NCBI GenBank assembly: GCA_964567975.1 | Contig: CAZMOW010000006.1 | Span: 1-59,239 of the forward strand | DNA from: an uncultured Anaerolineales bacterium | Lineage (GTDB): Bacteria; Chloroflexota; Anaerolineae; UBA1429 | Length of the DNA: 59,239 nucleotides | Direction of reading: 5' to 3' | Part shown: positions 20,591-31,974 of the stretch, one piece after another | How positions within the stretch are numbered: the stretch's first letter is position 1 | Layout of the letters: the number at the start of each line of letters is the position of its first letter | The notes under the pieces: model-generated | What the model was told of the DNA's origin: nothing | The model's database searches: none | What the model saw: only the letters and a program-made list of their open reading frames with translations | Position numbers and translations under genes: made by a program

Positions 20591-21412
20591 TCAGTACGGG
20601 ATGACGAGCCTTTGTCCCACATCGATCGCGTTAGGATTCCGCAGTCCGTTAGCGCGTACCAGGGTGTCCACACTCATGCCGTACCGCCTGGCGATGGTGT
20701 AGACGCTCTGCCCCGGGGCCACGACGTGAACGCGGACGGGAGGTGCCGTCCCCACCGTGATACTGAGCTTGATTCCCGGGGATAGATCGTTTGGATCCCC
20801 TATATGGGGATTCTCTGCCATGATGTCGGACAGTGTGGTACGGTACGTGCGGGCGAGTTGGGCCAGGCTCTCCCCCTGCCTCACTATATGCTCGACGGTG
20901 TAGGGGGTAGGGGTCCCCGATGGTTTGTGCCCTACCGGGATCACAAGTTCTTGGTTTACATGAATGGCATTCGAGTAGGATAGATCGTTCTTGTCCATGA
21001 TGGCCAGTACAGTGGTATCGTATCTCTTGGCGATGCTGTAAAGGGTCTCGCCCGTTTTCACCACGTGTACGATATTCCCGCTGGGATGTGGGGGCGATTG
21101 AGGAGAGGGTGGCGTCGGCCCTATGGTGGGGACATCGACCGTGGTGGTGGGCGTGGGGAGGGAGAGTATAGTGCTCGGTGTGGGCTCGGCGGCAGAGAGT
21201 GAGGCAGAGGGCTGGCTGCTGTCACCCTCGGCGGTGATTTCCTGTTCCGGCTCGAGCATTTCGGGCACCGTGACCGTGCGGGGCGGTTTGGCTCGCCTGC
21301 AGCCAAGGATCAGGACCACGAGGACGAGGATTGGGCCGGTCCTTGTCAGGAACCCGAACGAGTGCCTGGACCCGTTTCCCTTTTCCCGCTGCAGATGCCG
21401 CCTCGTGGACAT
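20591..21412 (-). CDS. LysM peptidoglycan-binding lipoprotein (3 LysM domains)
   Basis: ILGC lipobox, S/T/P-rich linker, HVVKTGETLYSIA / HIVRQGESLAQLA / HVVAPGQSVYTIA. Confidence 0.88.
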   Translation of the reverse strand: MSTRRHLQREKGNGSRHSFGFLTRTGPILVLVVLILGCRRAKPPRTVTVPEMLEPEQEITAEGDSSQPSASLSAAEPTPSTILSLPTPTTTVDVPTIGPTPPSPQSPPHPSGNIVHVVKTGETLYSIAKRYDTTVLAIMDKNDLSYSNAIHVNQELVIPVGHKPSGTPTPYTVEHIVRQGESLAQLARTYRTTLSDIMAENPHIGDPNDLSPGIKLSITVGTAPPVRVHVVAPGQSVYTIARRYGMSVDTLVRANGLRNPNAIDVGQRLVIPY

Positions 21413-21583
21413 TGCGGTGTTTCCGCTCTCCTCTGTGCATGGTCAACCGCTTCCCATCCTATCACGGCTGCTTGATGTCGTCAAGGGTTGGTCAGGCTTT
21501 TTCTTCCGTTCTGCCCGTCTCTCGTCAGCTTACACTTGCCGTGATCAGGCATTTTATCGTCTGATTTTTGCGCCGCGAGGGTA

Positions 21584-22351
21584 TTATCCCTCTGATGCCG
21601 CCATTTCGGCGGCGTTCCCTGCATCCTCTGCGGTATCCTCGCCCCGACATCGTTCCAGAGATATCTCTCCAAAGGTTTTTTCTTGGGATACCCGAATCTT
21701 ATGCTGTTTTATCAGCTCTAGCATGGCCAGGAATGTGACGATGATCTCCATGCGGGAGTGCGCCTCGCCCATGAGTTCGCTGAATCTCACCCTCTCCTGG
21801 CCGCGCACATTGGTCAGGATGCGCTGGATGCAATCGTCTATGTGCACCTCCAGGCGAGAGACCACCTCCTCCACGGGGGAGCGGGGCGGGTTTCTCTCCA
21901 GGATCTCCTCCAGGGCCTGCAGCAGATCGGCGATATCGCCCTGGCCAGGCTTTACCCGCTGTTCGATTTCGGGGGCAGGGGCGAGCCGCACATAACTTCT
22001 CTGGCCCCTCTCCTCGATCTCGCCCAGCCGGCGGGCCATCTCTTTGAAGCGCTTGTAGGCCTGCAGCCTGCTGACGAGATCGCTCTCCCAGTCTTTTTCC
22101 TCGTCTTCCTTTTCCTCGGGTTGGGGCAGGAGGACCCTTGACTTGATCACCAAAAGCTCGGCGGCCACCACGAGGAAATCTGCCAGATCGTCCGTCTCCA
22201 CGTGTTGAATCTCTTCCAGATGGGCCAGATATTGATCCGCCACGGTGGCCAAAGAGATGGTGGTGATATCCAGCTCCTCTGCCTCGATGAGGCGAAGCAG
22301 AAGCTCCAGAGGGCCTCTGAAGATGTCGAGTGCTACGGTGTATGAAGACAT
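21584..22351 (-). CDS. scpA: Segregation and condensation protein A (kleisin)
   Basis: FRGPLELLLRLI, QYL, FLVVAAELLVIKSRVLLP, VTFLAMLEL. Confidence 0.92.
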   Translation of the reverse strand: MSSYTVALDIFRGPLELLLRLIEAEELDITTISLATVADQYLAHLEEIQHVETDDLADFLVVAAELLVIKSRVLLPQPEEKEDEEKDWESDLVSRLQAYKRFKEMARRLGEIEERGQRSYVRLAPAPEIEQRVKPGQGDIADLLQALEEILERNPPRSPVEEVVSRLEVHIDDCIQRILTNVRGQERVRFSELMGEAHSRMEIIVTFLAMLELIKQHKIRVSQEKTFGEISLERCRGEDTAEDAGNAAEMAASEG

Positions 22352-22528
22352 GCCACCTCCTGATATGGGATAGGATACCTGGAAAGTGTCCTTTTGTCCA
22401 CGTGGCAAACTCTTTGTGCTGTGCCGATGGGCGTATGGCTAAGGGAGTATCCATCCAACTTGACGTCAGGGATGGAAAGGCACACAATATCCTTTGTATT
22501 CGCAGATACACCAGTTGGAGGACCCAGC

Positions 22529-24199
22529 ATGGGGAGGTCTGTTGTGGATGATATCTCGGATGCTAAATCGGAGTGGGAAAAGCGTGTCCTGAGCCCCCTT
22601 TTGGGGCGCTATCCGGAACGGCGCATTCCGCCGCGATCGAATGGGGAGCCGGTAAAGCGTCTGTATACGCCGTGTGACGTGGAGGGGGACTATTTGGGGG
22701 ACCTCGGATTCCCCGGCGAGTATCCCTTTGCGCGGGGGGTGTATCCCACCATGTATCGAGGGCGTCTCTGGACCATGCGTCAGTATGCCGGGTACGCCAC
22801 GGCGCGGGAATCCAATCGCCGCTACAAATATCTGCTGGAACAGGGACAGACGGGCCTCTCGGTGGCCTTTGATCTACCCACACAGATCGGGTACGACGCC
22901 GACCATCCCCTGGCCAGCGGTGAGGTGGGCAAGGTTGGTGTCTCTGTCTGTTCCCTGGAGGATATGGAGATCCTCTTTCAGGATATTCCCCTGGATGAGG
23001 TGAGTACCTCCATGACCATCAACGCGCCCGCGGCCGTGCTGCTGGCCATGTACATCGCCGTGGCGGACGCGCAGGAGGTGGAGCGTCGGGCCCTGCGGGG
23101 CACCATTCAGAATGATATCCTCAAAGAGTATGTTGCGCGGGGCACGTACATCTATCCGCCCCAACCCTCTATGCGGCTCACCACCGACACCATCAACTTC
23201 TGTACGGAGGAACTCCCTCGCTGGAACCCCATCAGCGTCAGCGGCTACCACATGCGCGAGGCCGGCTGCACCGCTACACAGGAAGTGGCCTTTACCCTGG
23301 CCAATGCCATCGCCTATGTGGAGGCGGCGCTGGCGACGGGCCAGGATATCGATGCTTTTGCTGGGCGCCTCTCCTTCTTTTTCGCCGCACACAACAACCT
23401 CCTGGAGGAGGTGGCCAAGTTCCGGGCGGCGCGGCGTCTGTGGGCGCGGCTCGTGATGGAGCGTTTCGGCGCTGAGGATCCCCAGTCGGCGCGTCTCAGG
23501 TTCCATACGCAGACCTCGGGCGTGACTCTCACGGCCCAGCAGCCGGAGAACAATGTGATTCGCGTCGCTCTTCAGGCTCTGGCGGCGGTGCTGGGAGGCA
23601 CTCAGAGTTTGCACACCAACTCGCGGGACGAGGCCTTGGGGCTGCCCACGGAAGAGTCAGTGCAGATCGCGCTACGTACACAGCAGATCATCGCCCACGA
23701 GAGTGGTGTGGCCGATACCATCGATCCTCTGGCAGGCAGTTACTATGTGGAGCACCTCACCGAGTCCATCGAAGAGGAAGCCGAAGAATATATCGCCCGC
23801 ATCGAACATATGGGAGGGGCGCCCGCCGCCATCGACGTGGGGTATGTGCAACAAGAGATTCAGGAGAGCGCCTATGAGCAACAGCGGGCCATCGAGGCAG
23901 GAGAGCGCGTTGTGGTGGGGGTCAATCGCTTCAAAGAGGAGCAAGAGGTGGCCCTTGACCGTCTGACTGTGGATCCCGAGATGGAGCGTCACCGGCGCCA
24001 GCGCGTGCAGAGGTTGAGGGAGCGTCGTGACGGTGCCGCCGTTCAGAAGACGCTAAAGGCTTTAAAGGGAGCGGCCGAGGGGGACGACAATCTTTTTCCC
24101 GCCATCCTTGACGCCGTCAAAGTCTATGCCACCCTGGGAGAGATCTGCGATACCCTGCGGGACGTCTTTGGAGAATACGAGCAGGTTACTACAATCTAG
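22529..24199 (+). CDS. Methylmalonyl-CoA mutase, substrate-binding large subunit (start may be GTG 22544)
   Basis: [39 protein letters not shown]; no B12-binding domain. The Tyr and Arg residues are those of MCM-type specificity. Confidence 0.9.
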   Translation: MGRSVVDDISDAKSEWEKRVLSPLLGRYPERRIPPRSNGEPVKRLYTPCDVEGDYLGDLGFPGEYPFARGVYPTMYRGRLWTMRQYAGYATARESNRRYKYLLEQGQTGLSVAFDLPTQIGYDADHPLASGEVGKVGVSVCSLEDMEILFQDIPLDEVSTSMTINAPAAVLLAMYIAVADAQEVERRALRGTIQNDILKEYVARGTYIYPPQPSMRLTTDTINFCTEELPRWNPISVSGYHMREAGCTATQEVAFTLANAIAYVEAALATGQDIDAFAGRLSFFFAAHNNLLEEVAKFRAARRLWARLVMERFGAEDPQSARLRFHTQTSGVTLTAQQPENNVIRVALQALAAVLGGTQSLHTNSRDEALGLPTEESVQIALRTQQIIAHESGVADTIDPLAGSYYVEHLTESIEEEAEEYIARIEHMGGAPAAIDVGYVQQEIQESAYEQQRAIEAGERVVVGVNRFKEEQEVALDRLTVDPEMERHRRQRVQRLRERRDGAAVQKTLKALKGAAEGDDNLFPAILDAVKVYATLGEICDTLRDVFGEYEQVTTI

Positions 24200-24211
24200 G
24201 GATGGAGAGGT

Positions 24212-24613
24212 ATGACAACACGCATCGATCACGTGGGCATAGCAGTGGAGAGCATTTGTGAGGCCGCTCGTCTATACACAGAGGGGCTGGGCATTGCGCT
24301 TCAGCATGTGGAGGTGGTGGAGGATCAGGGTGTTCGGGTGGGGTTTCTCCCCCTGGAGTCGTGCAAGATCGAATTGCTGGAAGCTCTGGATGACGATGGC
24401 CCTGTGGCCAGATTTCTGGCCAGGCGGGGCGAGGGGATACACCATCTCTGCGTGCAGGTGGCCGATATCGAGGCCGTCATGCAGCGCCTGCGAGAGCAGG
24501 GTGTGCGGTTGTTGAACGAACAGCCCGTGCGTGGGGCTGGCGGGTGCTTGGTGGCCTTTGTCCATCCGGGCAGTGCGCATGGTGTCCTGCTGGAACTGAG
24601 CCAGGAGCCTTGA
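24212..24613 (+). CDS. mce: Methylmalonyl-CoA epimerase
   Basis: IDHVGIAV, GEGIHH, FVHP...GVLLEL. Confidence 0.92.
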   Translation: MTTRIDHVGIAVESICEAARLYTEGLGIALQHVEVVEDQGVRVGFLPLESCKIELLEALDDDGPVARFLARRGEGIHHLCVQVADIEAVMQRLREQGVRLLNEQPVRGAGGCLVAFVHPGSAHGVLLELSQEP

Positions 24614-24676
24614 GGCTGGCATGACGTTGAGAGGGAAAGACATTGGGCGCAGGCGCATATGATATGGGAGTGGGAT

Positions 24677-25087
24677 ATGTCTGAGAGGCCGATTCGGGTC
24701 TTGATCGCCAAGTCCGGTCTGGACGGGCACGATCGAGGTGCCAAAGTTATTGCTCGGGCCCTGCGGGATGCTGGTATGGAGGTCATCTACACGGGTCTCC
24801 GCCAAACCCCCGAGATGGTCGTGGAGACGGCCCTGCAGGAGGACGTGGACGTGGTTGGGCTCAGCATCCTTTCCGGGGCACATATGACGTTGGTGCCCCG
24901 GGTGACGCAGTTGCTGGCGGAGGCTGGCCTGGACGAGGCCCTCGTGTTGGTGGGGGGCATCGTTCCGGAGGAGGATATTCCCCGCCTGATGGAGCAGGGG
25001 ACCGACGGCGTTTTCGGGCCTGGCACCTCCACTGCTGAGGTGGTACAGTTTATCCGGGAGCGAGTTGATATACAGGGCGCTGTATGA
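24677..25087 (+). CDS. Cobalamin-binding small subunit of methylmalonyl-CoA mutase
   Basis: GLDGHDRG (DxHxxG), SILSGAH, GGIVP. Confidence 0.93.
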   Translation: MSERPIRVLIAKSGLDGHDRGAKVIARALRDAGMEVIYTGLRQTPEMVVETALQEDVDVVGLSILSGAHMTLVPRVTQLLAEAGLDEALVLVGGIVPEEDIPRLMEQGTDGVFGPGTSTAEVVQFIRERVDIQGAV

Positions 25088-26037
25088 AAGAGATCGTTGA
25101 ACGGGCCCTTGCCGGCGAGCGGCGTGCTATGGCACGCCTGATGAGCCTTTTGGAGAACGATGGCTCCCGGGCGAGGGAGATCATGGCCCATGTGTATCCG
25201 CACACGGGGAAGGCCCACATCATCGGCGTCACGGGGGCGCCCGGCTCGGGCAAAAGTACCCTGGTGGCCCGACTGTCCGCCGCGTATCGCGAGCGCGATA
25301 TGACCGTGGGTGTCGTGGCCGTGGACCCCAGCAGCCCCTTTTCAGGAGGAGCCATACTGGGAGACCGCATTCGCATGGGGGAGCTCAGTGGCGATGCCGG
25401 CGTCTTTGTGCGGAGCATGGCCAATCGGGGAACCCCGGGTGGTCTGGCCCGGGCCACGGGGAATATGGTGAGATTGCTGGATGCATGTGGCTATCGGCGC
25501 GTCATCATCGAGACCGTCGGCGCGGGACAGAGTGAGGTCGAGATTGCCAGGACCGCCCATACTGTGCTGGTGCTCCAGGTTCCCCGTATGGGAGACGCCA
25601 TTCAGACACTAAAGGCCGGCATTTTAGAGATCGCCGATATTCTGGTGGTGAACAAGGCCGACCTTGAGGGGAGCGAGCGTCTAAAGATGCGCCTGCAGGC
25701 CATGCTGTCCTTGGCAAAAGAGGAGAAGGATGAGCCTTTGTGGCAGCCTCCGATCATCGAGACGGTGGCCACGGAGGGTCGGGGGACTGGGGCTCTCGTC
25801 GACGATATCGAGAAACACGCTGATCATCTGAGGGAGAGCGGAGCGCTTGAGGCGTTGGAAAAGGCCCACGTTCAGAAAGAGATTCGGGCCATCCTATTGC
25901 AGGATTTTGTCTCCAGGTACCTTACCGAAGGGGTTGTCGCGCACTATGATACACTGATCGAGCGCGTTGCGAGGCGTGAGACGGATCCCTATACGGCAGC
26001 TCAGAGGCTGTTGGAGAGAATAAAACAGATAGAATAA
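25084..26037 (+). CDS. meaB: MeaB/ArgK GTPase chaperone
   Basis: [41 protein letters not shown]. Confidence 0.93.
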   Translation: MKEIVERALAGERRAMARLMSLLENDGSRAREIMAHVYPHTGKAHIIGVTGAPGSGKSTLVARLSAAYRERDMTVGVVAVDPSSPFSGGAILGDRIRMGELSGDAGVFVRSMANRGTPGGLARATGNMVRLLDACGYRRVIIETVGAGQSEVEIARTAHTVLVLQVPRMGDAIQTLKAGILEIADILVVNKADLEGSERLKMRLQAMLSLAKEEKDEPLWQPPIIETVATEGRGTGALVDDIEKHADHLRESGALEALEKAHVQKEIRAILLQDFVSRYLTEGVVAHYDTLIERVARRETDPYTAAQRLLERIKQIE

Positions 26038-26051
26038 TTTGGAAGGAGAAG

Positions 26052-27029
26052 ATGATGGAAAAAGGTGTCAGAATCTATGGGGAGATTGCTCTCATTGCGG
26101 GAAGTGGCAATCCAGAACTTGCTCAGGAGATCAGTGAGGCGTTGGATGTCCCCTTGCATGATATAGAGATAAAGACCTTTGCTAACGAGAACATTTTTGT
26201 GCAATTGAAACAGACAGTTCGCTCCAAGGATGTATTCATCATCCAGCCCACCTGTTTCCCTGTCAATTACAACGTGATGGAGCTCCTCATCATGATCGAC
26301 ACCGTCAAGCGGGCTTCGGCGGGGCGCATCACGGCGGTGGTTCCCTTTTACGCCTATGCGCGCAGCGATAAAAAGGATATGCCCCGCGTGCCCATCACGG
26401 CAAGCCTGCTGGCAAATATGATAGATGTTGCAGGCGCGGATCGCTTTATGACCGTGGATCTCCACGCGCCGCAGATTCAGGGCTTTTTTGATATGCCCAC
26501 CGATGAGCTTACAGCATTTCGCCTCATCGGAGAGTATTTCCAGCAAAAAAAGATTCCCAACCTTACCGTTGTTGCGGCGGATCTCGGGTTTGCCAAGGAA
26601 GCGCGCTATTTTGCCGAGGGTCTCGACGTGCCCGTGGCCTTTGTTGAGAAGCGACGCACGGGAAGTCGCACCCAAAGCCTTACCGTCATCGGTGACGTCA
26701 AGGATAGAAATGTCGTTCTGATCGATGATGAGGTCAATCAAGGGACGACCATAGCAGGTGGGGCAAAGAAGCTGTACGAGGCCGGCGCTCAGGATGTCTA
26801 TGCCTGTTTTGTGCATCCCACTTTTGTCCAGGAGACCATAGAGCGCCTGGAGAAGGCCAACTTTAAGGAGATCGTCTTTACGAATACAGAGTGTGTTCCG
26901 GAAGAGTATATGTTGCCCAATATGAAGGTCCTTCACCTGGGCGATTGGTTGGCCGCTGTGATAGATGCCGTGCACCGGGGTTTCTCTGTGGGGGAGACTC
27001 TTAGACAGTACAGGCCCACGTTCCATTAG
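26052..27029 (+). CDS. prs: Ribose-phosphate pyrophosphokinase
   Basis: YAYARSDKK, DLHAPQIQGFF, EKRR, IGDV; the PRPP loop is atypical. Confidence 0.9.
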   Translation: MMEKGVRIYGEIALIAGSGNPELAQEISEALDVPLHDIEIKTFANENIFVQLKQTVRSKDVFIIQPTCFPVNYNVMELLIMIDTVKRASAGRITAVVPFYAYARSDKKDMPRVPITASLLANMIDVAGADRFMTVDLHAPQIQGFFDMPTDELTAFRLIGEYFQQKKIPNLTVVAADLGFAKEARYFAEGLDVPVAFVEKRRTGSRTQSLTVIGDVKDRNVVLIDDEVNQGTTIAGGAKKLYEAGAQDVYACFVHPTFVQETIERLEKANFKEIVFTNTECVPEEYMLPNMKVLHLGDWLAAVIDAVHRGFSVGETLRQYRPTFH

Positions 27030-27067
27030 GGCGGCTCGCTTTCACCAGTCCATTGTCAGGTGTGGGG

Positions 27068-27814
27068 CTATTCCATCTCTCCCAGGGCATAGAGGATGAT
27101 GGCACTGGCTACAAGGGGGGCCGTTTCCGTACGTAGGATGCGCGGCCCCAACGATACGGGCTGCAGCCCCGTCTCGACAGCATCGTGCACTTCATCCGTC
27201 GTAAAGCCTCCCTCCGGCCCCACGTAGAGCCGAACCTCTTTGGGATTGGAAGTCGTTTTATTTTTCAAGATGTGGCGCAGGGAGGGGGCTTTTTCCGTGA
27301 GGGAGAGCACGAGGGCGAGGGCACCCGTCGGGGGCGCTTTACAGACCTGAGAGAAGGATTTGGCCTGCATAAGCTGGGGGAGGCGCACGCGGCCCGACTG
27401 CTCCGCGGCCTCTTTTATGATGCGTCGCCAACGCTCCATCTTGTGCTCGGTGATGCGCTCGAGATCCTGTATCACGCATCGATGGGTGACCAACGGTACA
27501 AAGGTCTCTATGCCTATCTCAGTCCCCTTTTGGAGCACCCAGTCAAAATTCTGTGCTTTGGGCACCGCCTGATAAAGCATAATCCGAGTGTGTGGCTCCG
27601 TTTCGGGATGGGAGACGGAGAGAATATGAGCGTGGCATTGAGAGGGAGTGACCCGGTCGAGCTCGGCGACGTACGCGCGCCCCGAGTTATCCAAGAGGAT
27701 GATGCGCTCGCCAGGGCGCATGCGAAGGACGCGAGACAGCTGATGTGCCAGATCTCCGGTGAGGCTGAAAGACTTTTCGTTTAGCCATTCCGGCGGCACG
27801 AAGAATCGGTGCAT
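27068..27814 (-). CDS. rsmE: 16S rRNA m3U1498 methyltransferase
   Basis: HQLSRVLR, KGTEIG, EAAEQSGR, VGPEGGF, LGPRILRTETA. Confidence 0.95.
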   Translation of the reverse strand: MHRFFVPPEWLNEKSFSLTGDLAHQLSRVLRMRPGERIILLDNSGRAYVAELDRVTPSQCHAHILSVSHPETEPHTRIMLYQAVPKAQNFDWVLQKGTEIGIETFVPLVTHRCVIQDLERITEHKMERWRRIIKEAAEQSGRVRLPQLMQAKSFSQVCKAPPTGALALVLSLTEKAPSLRHILKNKTTSNPKEVRLYVGPEGGFTTDEVHDAVETGLQPVSLGPRILRTETAPLVASAIILYALGEME

Positions 27815-27819
27815 GTTTT

Positions 27820-28719
27820 TTACGTCCGGTGTCCTATGAGGGCTACCCAGTCGTCTTCTCGTAGGATCTCGTCCCTTGTGACGTGCTCCCGTGCAAGGGC
27901 GCGTTCCACCTGGGGGGCCTTTGATTCAATGATCCCAGAGCCCACAAGGAGACCTTTTTTGGGCAGGACGGCGCCTATGGCGGGCGCCATGTCTATGATC
28001 ACTTCTGCGAGGATATTGACGAGCAGGAGATCATAGCATCTGCTCGAAAGGGATGCCGCCAGCGGTATGTCCAGTGTCCCCTCTTGCACGGTGACCCGGG
28101 CGTCCACGTGGTTCAGTGCCACATTATCCCGGGCGACTTGCACACACGTGGGATCTGTATCCAGGGCCCAGACGTGCTCGGCCCCTTGCATGGCCGCCGA
28201 GATGGCCAGAATTCCCGAGCCCGTTCCCACATCCAGCACCTTCATACCGGGGCGCAGGAGGCGTTCTATGGCCACGAGACACAAGCGCGTGGTGGCGTGC
28301 AGGCCCGTACCAAAGGCCATGCCGGGATCCAGATGGAGGACGATCTCATCTGGTTTTGGCTCGTAGGACCGCCAGGTGGGCACGATCACAGTGTGCTTGC
28401 CGACGTGTTGGGGTGAGAAAAAGCTCTTCCAGGACTCGGTCCAGTCCTCTGGCGCCAGTATTCTGGTTTGGGGCGCAGAGATGGGTGAGGTCCTGGCCAG
28501 CAGGAGGAGGGCGATCTCCAGTTTCTGGCGCGTGTCCGTATCCCCCGCCGGCAAAAAGCCGCTGATCTTTAGGTATGCATGTTGCTCGGCTTCCTCCGAG
28601 TCCTGCTCTTCCACCACGGTGCCTCCCGGACAGTTTCTGTCAAAGAGGCTGACCAGGTCGTCCACGGCCTCTCTGGCGGCCCACACGCTTATCTCGGTCC
28701 ATCGTCCTCTTTGAGACAT
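27820..28719 (-). CDS. prmA: Ribosomal protein L11 methyltransferase
   Basis: DPGMAFGTGLHATT, LDVGTGSGIL. Confidence 0.95.
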   Translation of the reverse strand: MSQRGRWTEISVWAAREAVDDLVSLFDRNCPGGTVVEEQDSEEAEQHAYLKISGFLPAGDTDTRQKLEIALLLLARTSPISAPQTRILAPEDWTESWKSFFSPQHVGKHTVIVPTWRSYEPKPDEIVLHLDPGMAFGTGLHATTRLCLVAIERLLRPGMKVLDVGTGSGILAISAAMQGAEHVWALDTDPTCVQVARDNVALNHVDARVTVQEGTLDIPLAASLSSRCYDLLLVNILAEVIIDMAPAIGAVLPKKGLLVGSGIIESKAPQVERALAREHVTRDEILREDDWVALIGHRT

Positions 28720-28725
28720 CGCTTC

Positions 28726-29856
28726 CTATATGCCCAACACAACTTTGAGGCGCTTCAAAAAGCTCCTTTCCTCTTGAGGAGTTATCTCGTCCCCCAACGT
28801 CTCGCCCAATTGGGCAAAGAGCTCCCGCTGGTCTTCATCCAGTGTTTCAGGGATCTCCACATTCACGATCACGATCTCATCCCCACGCCCCGTGCCCTGT
28901 AGCCGGGGCACCCCTTCACCTCTAAGTCTAAAGATGGACCCCATCTGGGTGCCTGCGGGGATGCTTAGTTCATGTTCGCCGTTCAAGGTGGGGACGGCGA
29001 TCTCGTCGCCCAGGGCGGCCTGGGCTACATTGATGTTGATATTCACCAGGATGTCCTGATCGCGCCGTCTGAAATAGCGGTGTTCCTTGACGTGTACCAC
29101 CACATAGAGGTTGCCCGCAGGTCCTCCCTCCAGGCCCGATTGTCCCTCACCGGCCAGGCGTATACGCATGCCATCGTCGACGCCAGCAGGAATGTCCACA
29201 GAGATCTTTTGGGTGTCTTCGATGCGCCGTGAACCATGACATTCCGGACAGGGGGTCTCGATGATCTCGCCTCGCCCCCCACAACGAGGACAGGTGCTCA
29301 CGTTCACAAAGGAGCCAAAGATCGATCGTTGTGCGTGACGTACCTGACCCGTCCCATTGCATTCTGGACAACGTGTGGGGCGCGTGCCGGGCTCGGCCCC
29401 CGTGCCGCCACAATGTGGGCAGGTTTGTTGTCGGGAGATCTCGAGTTCTTTGGTGCATCCAAAGACTGCTTCTTCAAAGGTGATCTCCAGGTCATAGCGC
29501 AGGTCCGAGCCGCGTCGAGGGCCACCTTGTCGCGTCGTCCCCGCCCTGCCGAATCCGAAAAAGGAGTCAAAGATATCCTCAAAGCTGTCAAACCCCTCAA
29601 AGCCGCCTCTCATGCCGGAGCGGTCCAGGCCAGAACGACCATAACGATCATAGACGGCCCGCTTCTCATCGTCATTCAGGACCTGGTAGGCTTCGTTGAT
29701 CTCTTTGAACTGTTCTTCGGCATCGGGAGCGTTGCTTACGTCAGGATGATTTTCGCGCGCCAATCTTCGGTAGGCGGCGCGGATCTCGGCTTTGGAAGCC
29801 TGCCGAGAAACACCCAAGATCTCATAGTAATCGCGTTCTCTATCGTTGGGAGCCAT
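28726..29856 (-). CDS. dnaJ: Chaperone DnaJ
   Basis: HPD J-domain, G/F region, four CxxCxGxG-type repeats. Confidence 0.97.
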   Translation of the reverse strand: MAPNDRERDYYEILGVSRQASKAEIRAAYRRLARENHPDVSNAPDAEEQFKEINEAYQVLNDDEKRAVYDRYGRSGLDRSGMRGGFEGFDSFEDIFDSFFGFGRAGTTRQGGPRRGSDLRYDLEITFEEAVFGCTKELEISRQQTCPHCGGTGAEPGTRPTRCPECNGTGQVRHAQRSIFGSFVNVSTCPRCGGRGEIIETPCPECHGSRRIEDTQKISVDIPAGVDDGMRIRLAGEGQSGLEGGPAGNLYVVVHVKEHRYFRRRDQDILVNININVAQAALGDEIAVPTLNGEHELSIPAGTQMGSIFRLRGEGVPRLQGTGRGDEIVIVNVEIPETLDEDQRELFAQLGETLGDEITPQEERSFLKRLKVVLGI

Positions 29857-29896
29857 ATATTAAAGAATCTCAATACAGTGGACTAATATCTAACCA

Positions 29897-29925
29897 AGTT
29901 TACCTATTCTATCCCTTGACGTCAA
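29897..29925 (-). promoter_or_regulatory. Internal sigma70 promoter for dnaJ-prmA-rsmE
   Basis: TTGACG-17-TAAACT overlapping the U-tract of the dnaK terminator. Confidence 0.55.
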
Positions 29926-29962
29926 AAAAGGGTTAGGAGAGGTATGCCTCTCCTAACCCTTT
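29924..29962 (-). terminator. Intrinsic terminator after dnaK
   Basis: AGGGTTAGGAGAGG...CCTCTCCTAACCCT stem plus T-tract. Confidence 0.9.
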
Positions 29963-29984
29963 ACCAATTGCGGAAGGTCGTTCT

Positions 29985-31919
29985 CTATACTTCTCGGAAC
30001 TCGCCTTCTACTGTATCGTCCTCGTCCGATTCACCGGCCTGCTGCTGTCCTCCACCAGGACGGGCGCCGCCTGCGGCGCCGGGACCACCCGCTGCACCGG
30101 CCCCGCCTGGCCCGCCGGCCTGTTGATAAGCCGCGGCGCCAACCTGTTGCAGGGCTTCGGAAAGCTCTTCGCTGAGACGGCGAATCTTGTCCATATCATC
30201 GCCCTCAAGAGCGTCGCGCACCGCCTCGATCTTGGATTCGATGTCGGATCTGGCGTCCGAGGGAACCTTGTCGCCCAGTTCCTTCAACGTCTTTTCCGCC
30301 CTGTAGGCCATACTATCGGCCTCGTTGCGTTGTTCGATCCTTTCCTGTTTACGGCGGTCTTCCTCGGCGTGCTCCTCGGCCTCATGCACCATCTGCTCGA
30401 TCTCTTCCTCGGTAAGGCCACTGGAGGCCTGGATGGTGATATCCTGTTCACGGCCTGTGGCCTTGTCCTCGGCGGAGACGTGGAGTATGCCGTCCGCGTC
30501 GATATCAAAGGTCACCTCGATCTGGGGCACGCCCCGGGGTGCAGGAGGGATGCCATCCAGGACAAAGGTGCCTAGCTGCTTGTTATCCGCAGCCATCTTG
30601 CGCTCGCCCTGTACGACGTTTATCTGCACCTGTGTCTGGTTATCCTCCGCGGTGGAGAACACCTGGCTCTTTTTCGTGGGAATGGTCGTGTTTCGCGGGA
30701 TGAGAGGTGTGGCTACGCCTCCCAGGGTCTCGATGCCCAACGTCAGGGGCGTGACATCCAGCAACAACACATCATCCACTTCGCCTCCCAGGACGCCCGC
30801 CTGAATGGCGGCGCCAATCGCGACCACCTCATCGGGGTTGATCCCCTTGTGAGGCTCCTTGCCAAAGAACTCTTTGACGCGTTCCTGTATCATGGGCATA
30901 CGCGTCTGGCCGCCCACCAATATTACTTCATCGATATCCTCTATAGTGAGGTCGGCATCCTCAAGGGCTTTGCGGCAGGGCTCCATGCTGTGGGCCACCA
31001 GGTCATCCACCAGTTGCTCCAACTTGGCACGCGTTAGCGTCATATCAAGATGCTTGGGTCCGCTGGCGTCCGCGGTGATAAAGGGCAGGTTTATCTCTGT
31101 CTGCTGTGTTGTGGACAACTCGATCTTGGCCTTTTCCGCCGCTTCCTTCAGGCGCTGAAGGGCCATGCGGTCTTTGCTCAGATCGATACCCTGATCCTCG
31201 CGAAATTCCTTGACGATCCAGTCGATCACGCGTTGATCAAAGTCATCTCCGCCCAAAAAGGTATCGCCGTTGGTGGAGAGCACCTCGAACACGCCTTCGC
31301 CGATGTCCAGGATAGAGATATCGAACGTCCCACCCCCCAGATCGTAGACGGCGATCTTTTCGTCTCCCTTTTTATCCAATCCGTAGGCCAGGGCAGAGGC
31401 TGTCGGCTCGTTGATGATGCGCAGTACCTCCAGACCGGCGATGCGACCGGCGTCCTTTGTCGCCTGGCGTTGGGAGTCGTTAAAGTAGGCGGGAACGGTG
31501 ATCACGGCCTGCTTCACCTCTTCGCCCAGGTAGGACTCGGCGTCCGCTTTGAGTTTTGACAGGATCATCGCCGATATCTCTGGCGGAGAATACTCTTCGC
31601 CGTTCATGACCACCCAGGCGTCCCCGTTCCTGTCTACGACTTTATAAGGCAAGAGTTCGCGTGCCTTTTCCACCTCTGGGTCGTCGTATCTGCGTCCCAT
31701 GAGGCGCTTCACTGAAAAGATGGTGTTTTCCGAGTTTGTCACTGCCTGTCGGCGGGCCACCTGTCCCACCATGCGCTCCTCCGTCTCGGGATTTACAGCT
31801 ACCACGGACGGGCAGAGCCGACCTCCCTCGGCTGTATTGATAACCGTCGGCTCGTCGGCTTCCATGACGGCCACAACCGAGTTTGTCGTTCCCAGGTCTA
31901 TACCAACTATCTTTGCCAT
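29985..31919 (-). CDS. dnaK: Chaperone DnaK (Hsp70)
   Basis: [25 protein letters not shown]; Gly/Ala/Pro-rich tail and VEGEFREV end. Confidence 0.98.
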   Translation of the reverse strand: MAKIVGIDLGTTNSVVAVMEADEPTVINTAEGGRLCPSVVAVNPETEERMVGQVARRQAVTNSENTIFSVKRLMGRRYDDPEVEKARELLPYKVVDRNGDAWVVMNGEEYSPPEISAMILSKLKADAESYLGEEVKQAVITVPAYFNDSQRQATKDAGRIAGLEVLRIINEPTASALAYGLDKKGDEKIAVYDLGGGTFDISILDIGEGVFEVLSTNGDTFLGGDDFDQRVIDWIVKEFREDQGIDLSKDRMALQRLKEAAEKAKIELSTTQQTEINLPFITADASGPKHLDMTLTRAKLEQLVDDLVAHSMEPCRKALEDADLTIEDIDEVILVGGQTRMPMIQERVKEFFGKEPHKGINPDEVVAIGAAIQAGVLGGEVDDVLLLDVTPLTLGIETLGGVATPLIPRNTTIPTKKSQVFSTAEDNQTQVQINVVQGERKMAADNKQLGTFVLDGIPPAPRGVPQIEVTFDIDADGILHVSAEDKATGREQDITIQASSGLTEEEIEQMVHEAEEHAEEDRRKQERIEQRNEADSMAYRAEKTLKELGDKVPSDARSDIESKIEAVRDALEGDDMDKIRRLSEELSEALQQVGAAAYQQAGGPGGAGAAGGPGAAGGARPGGGQQQAGESDEDDTVEGEFREV

Positions 31920-31974
31920 AATTTCCTCCTAAATTGCTGATTATCTATGTTGCAAGCCATCGATCTATGAAACA

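Noticed and set aside
22394-22528. Cobalamin riboswitch or longer N-terminus upstream of the mutase
   Set aside because: The spacer is short, holds a TTGACG-17-CACAAT promoter and the divergent scpA start, and has no B12-box.
30050-30125. GC-rich repeat-like stretch at the dnaK 3' end
   Set aside because: It encodes the ordinary Gly/Ala/Pro low-complexity DnaK tail.
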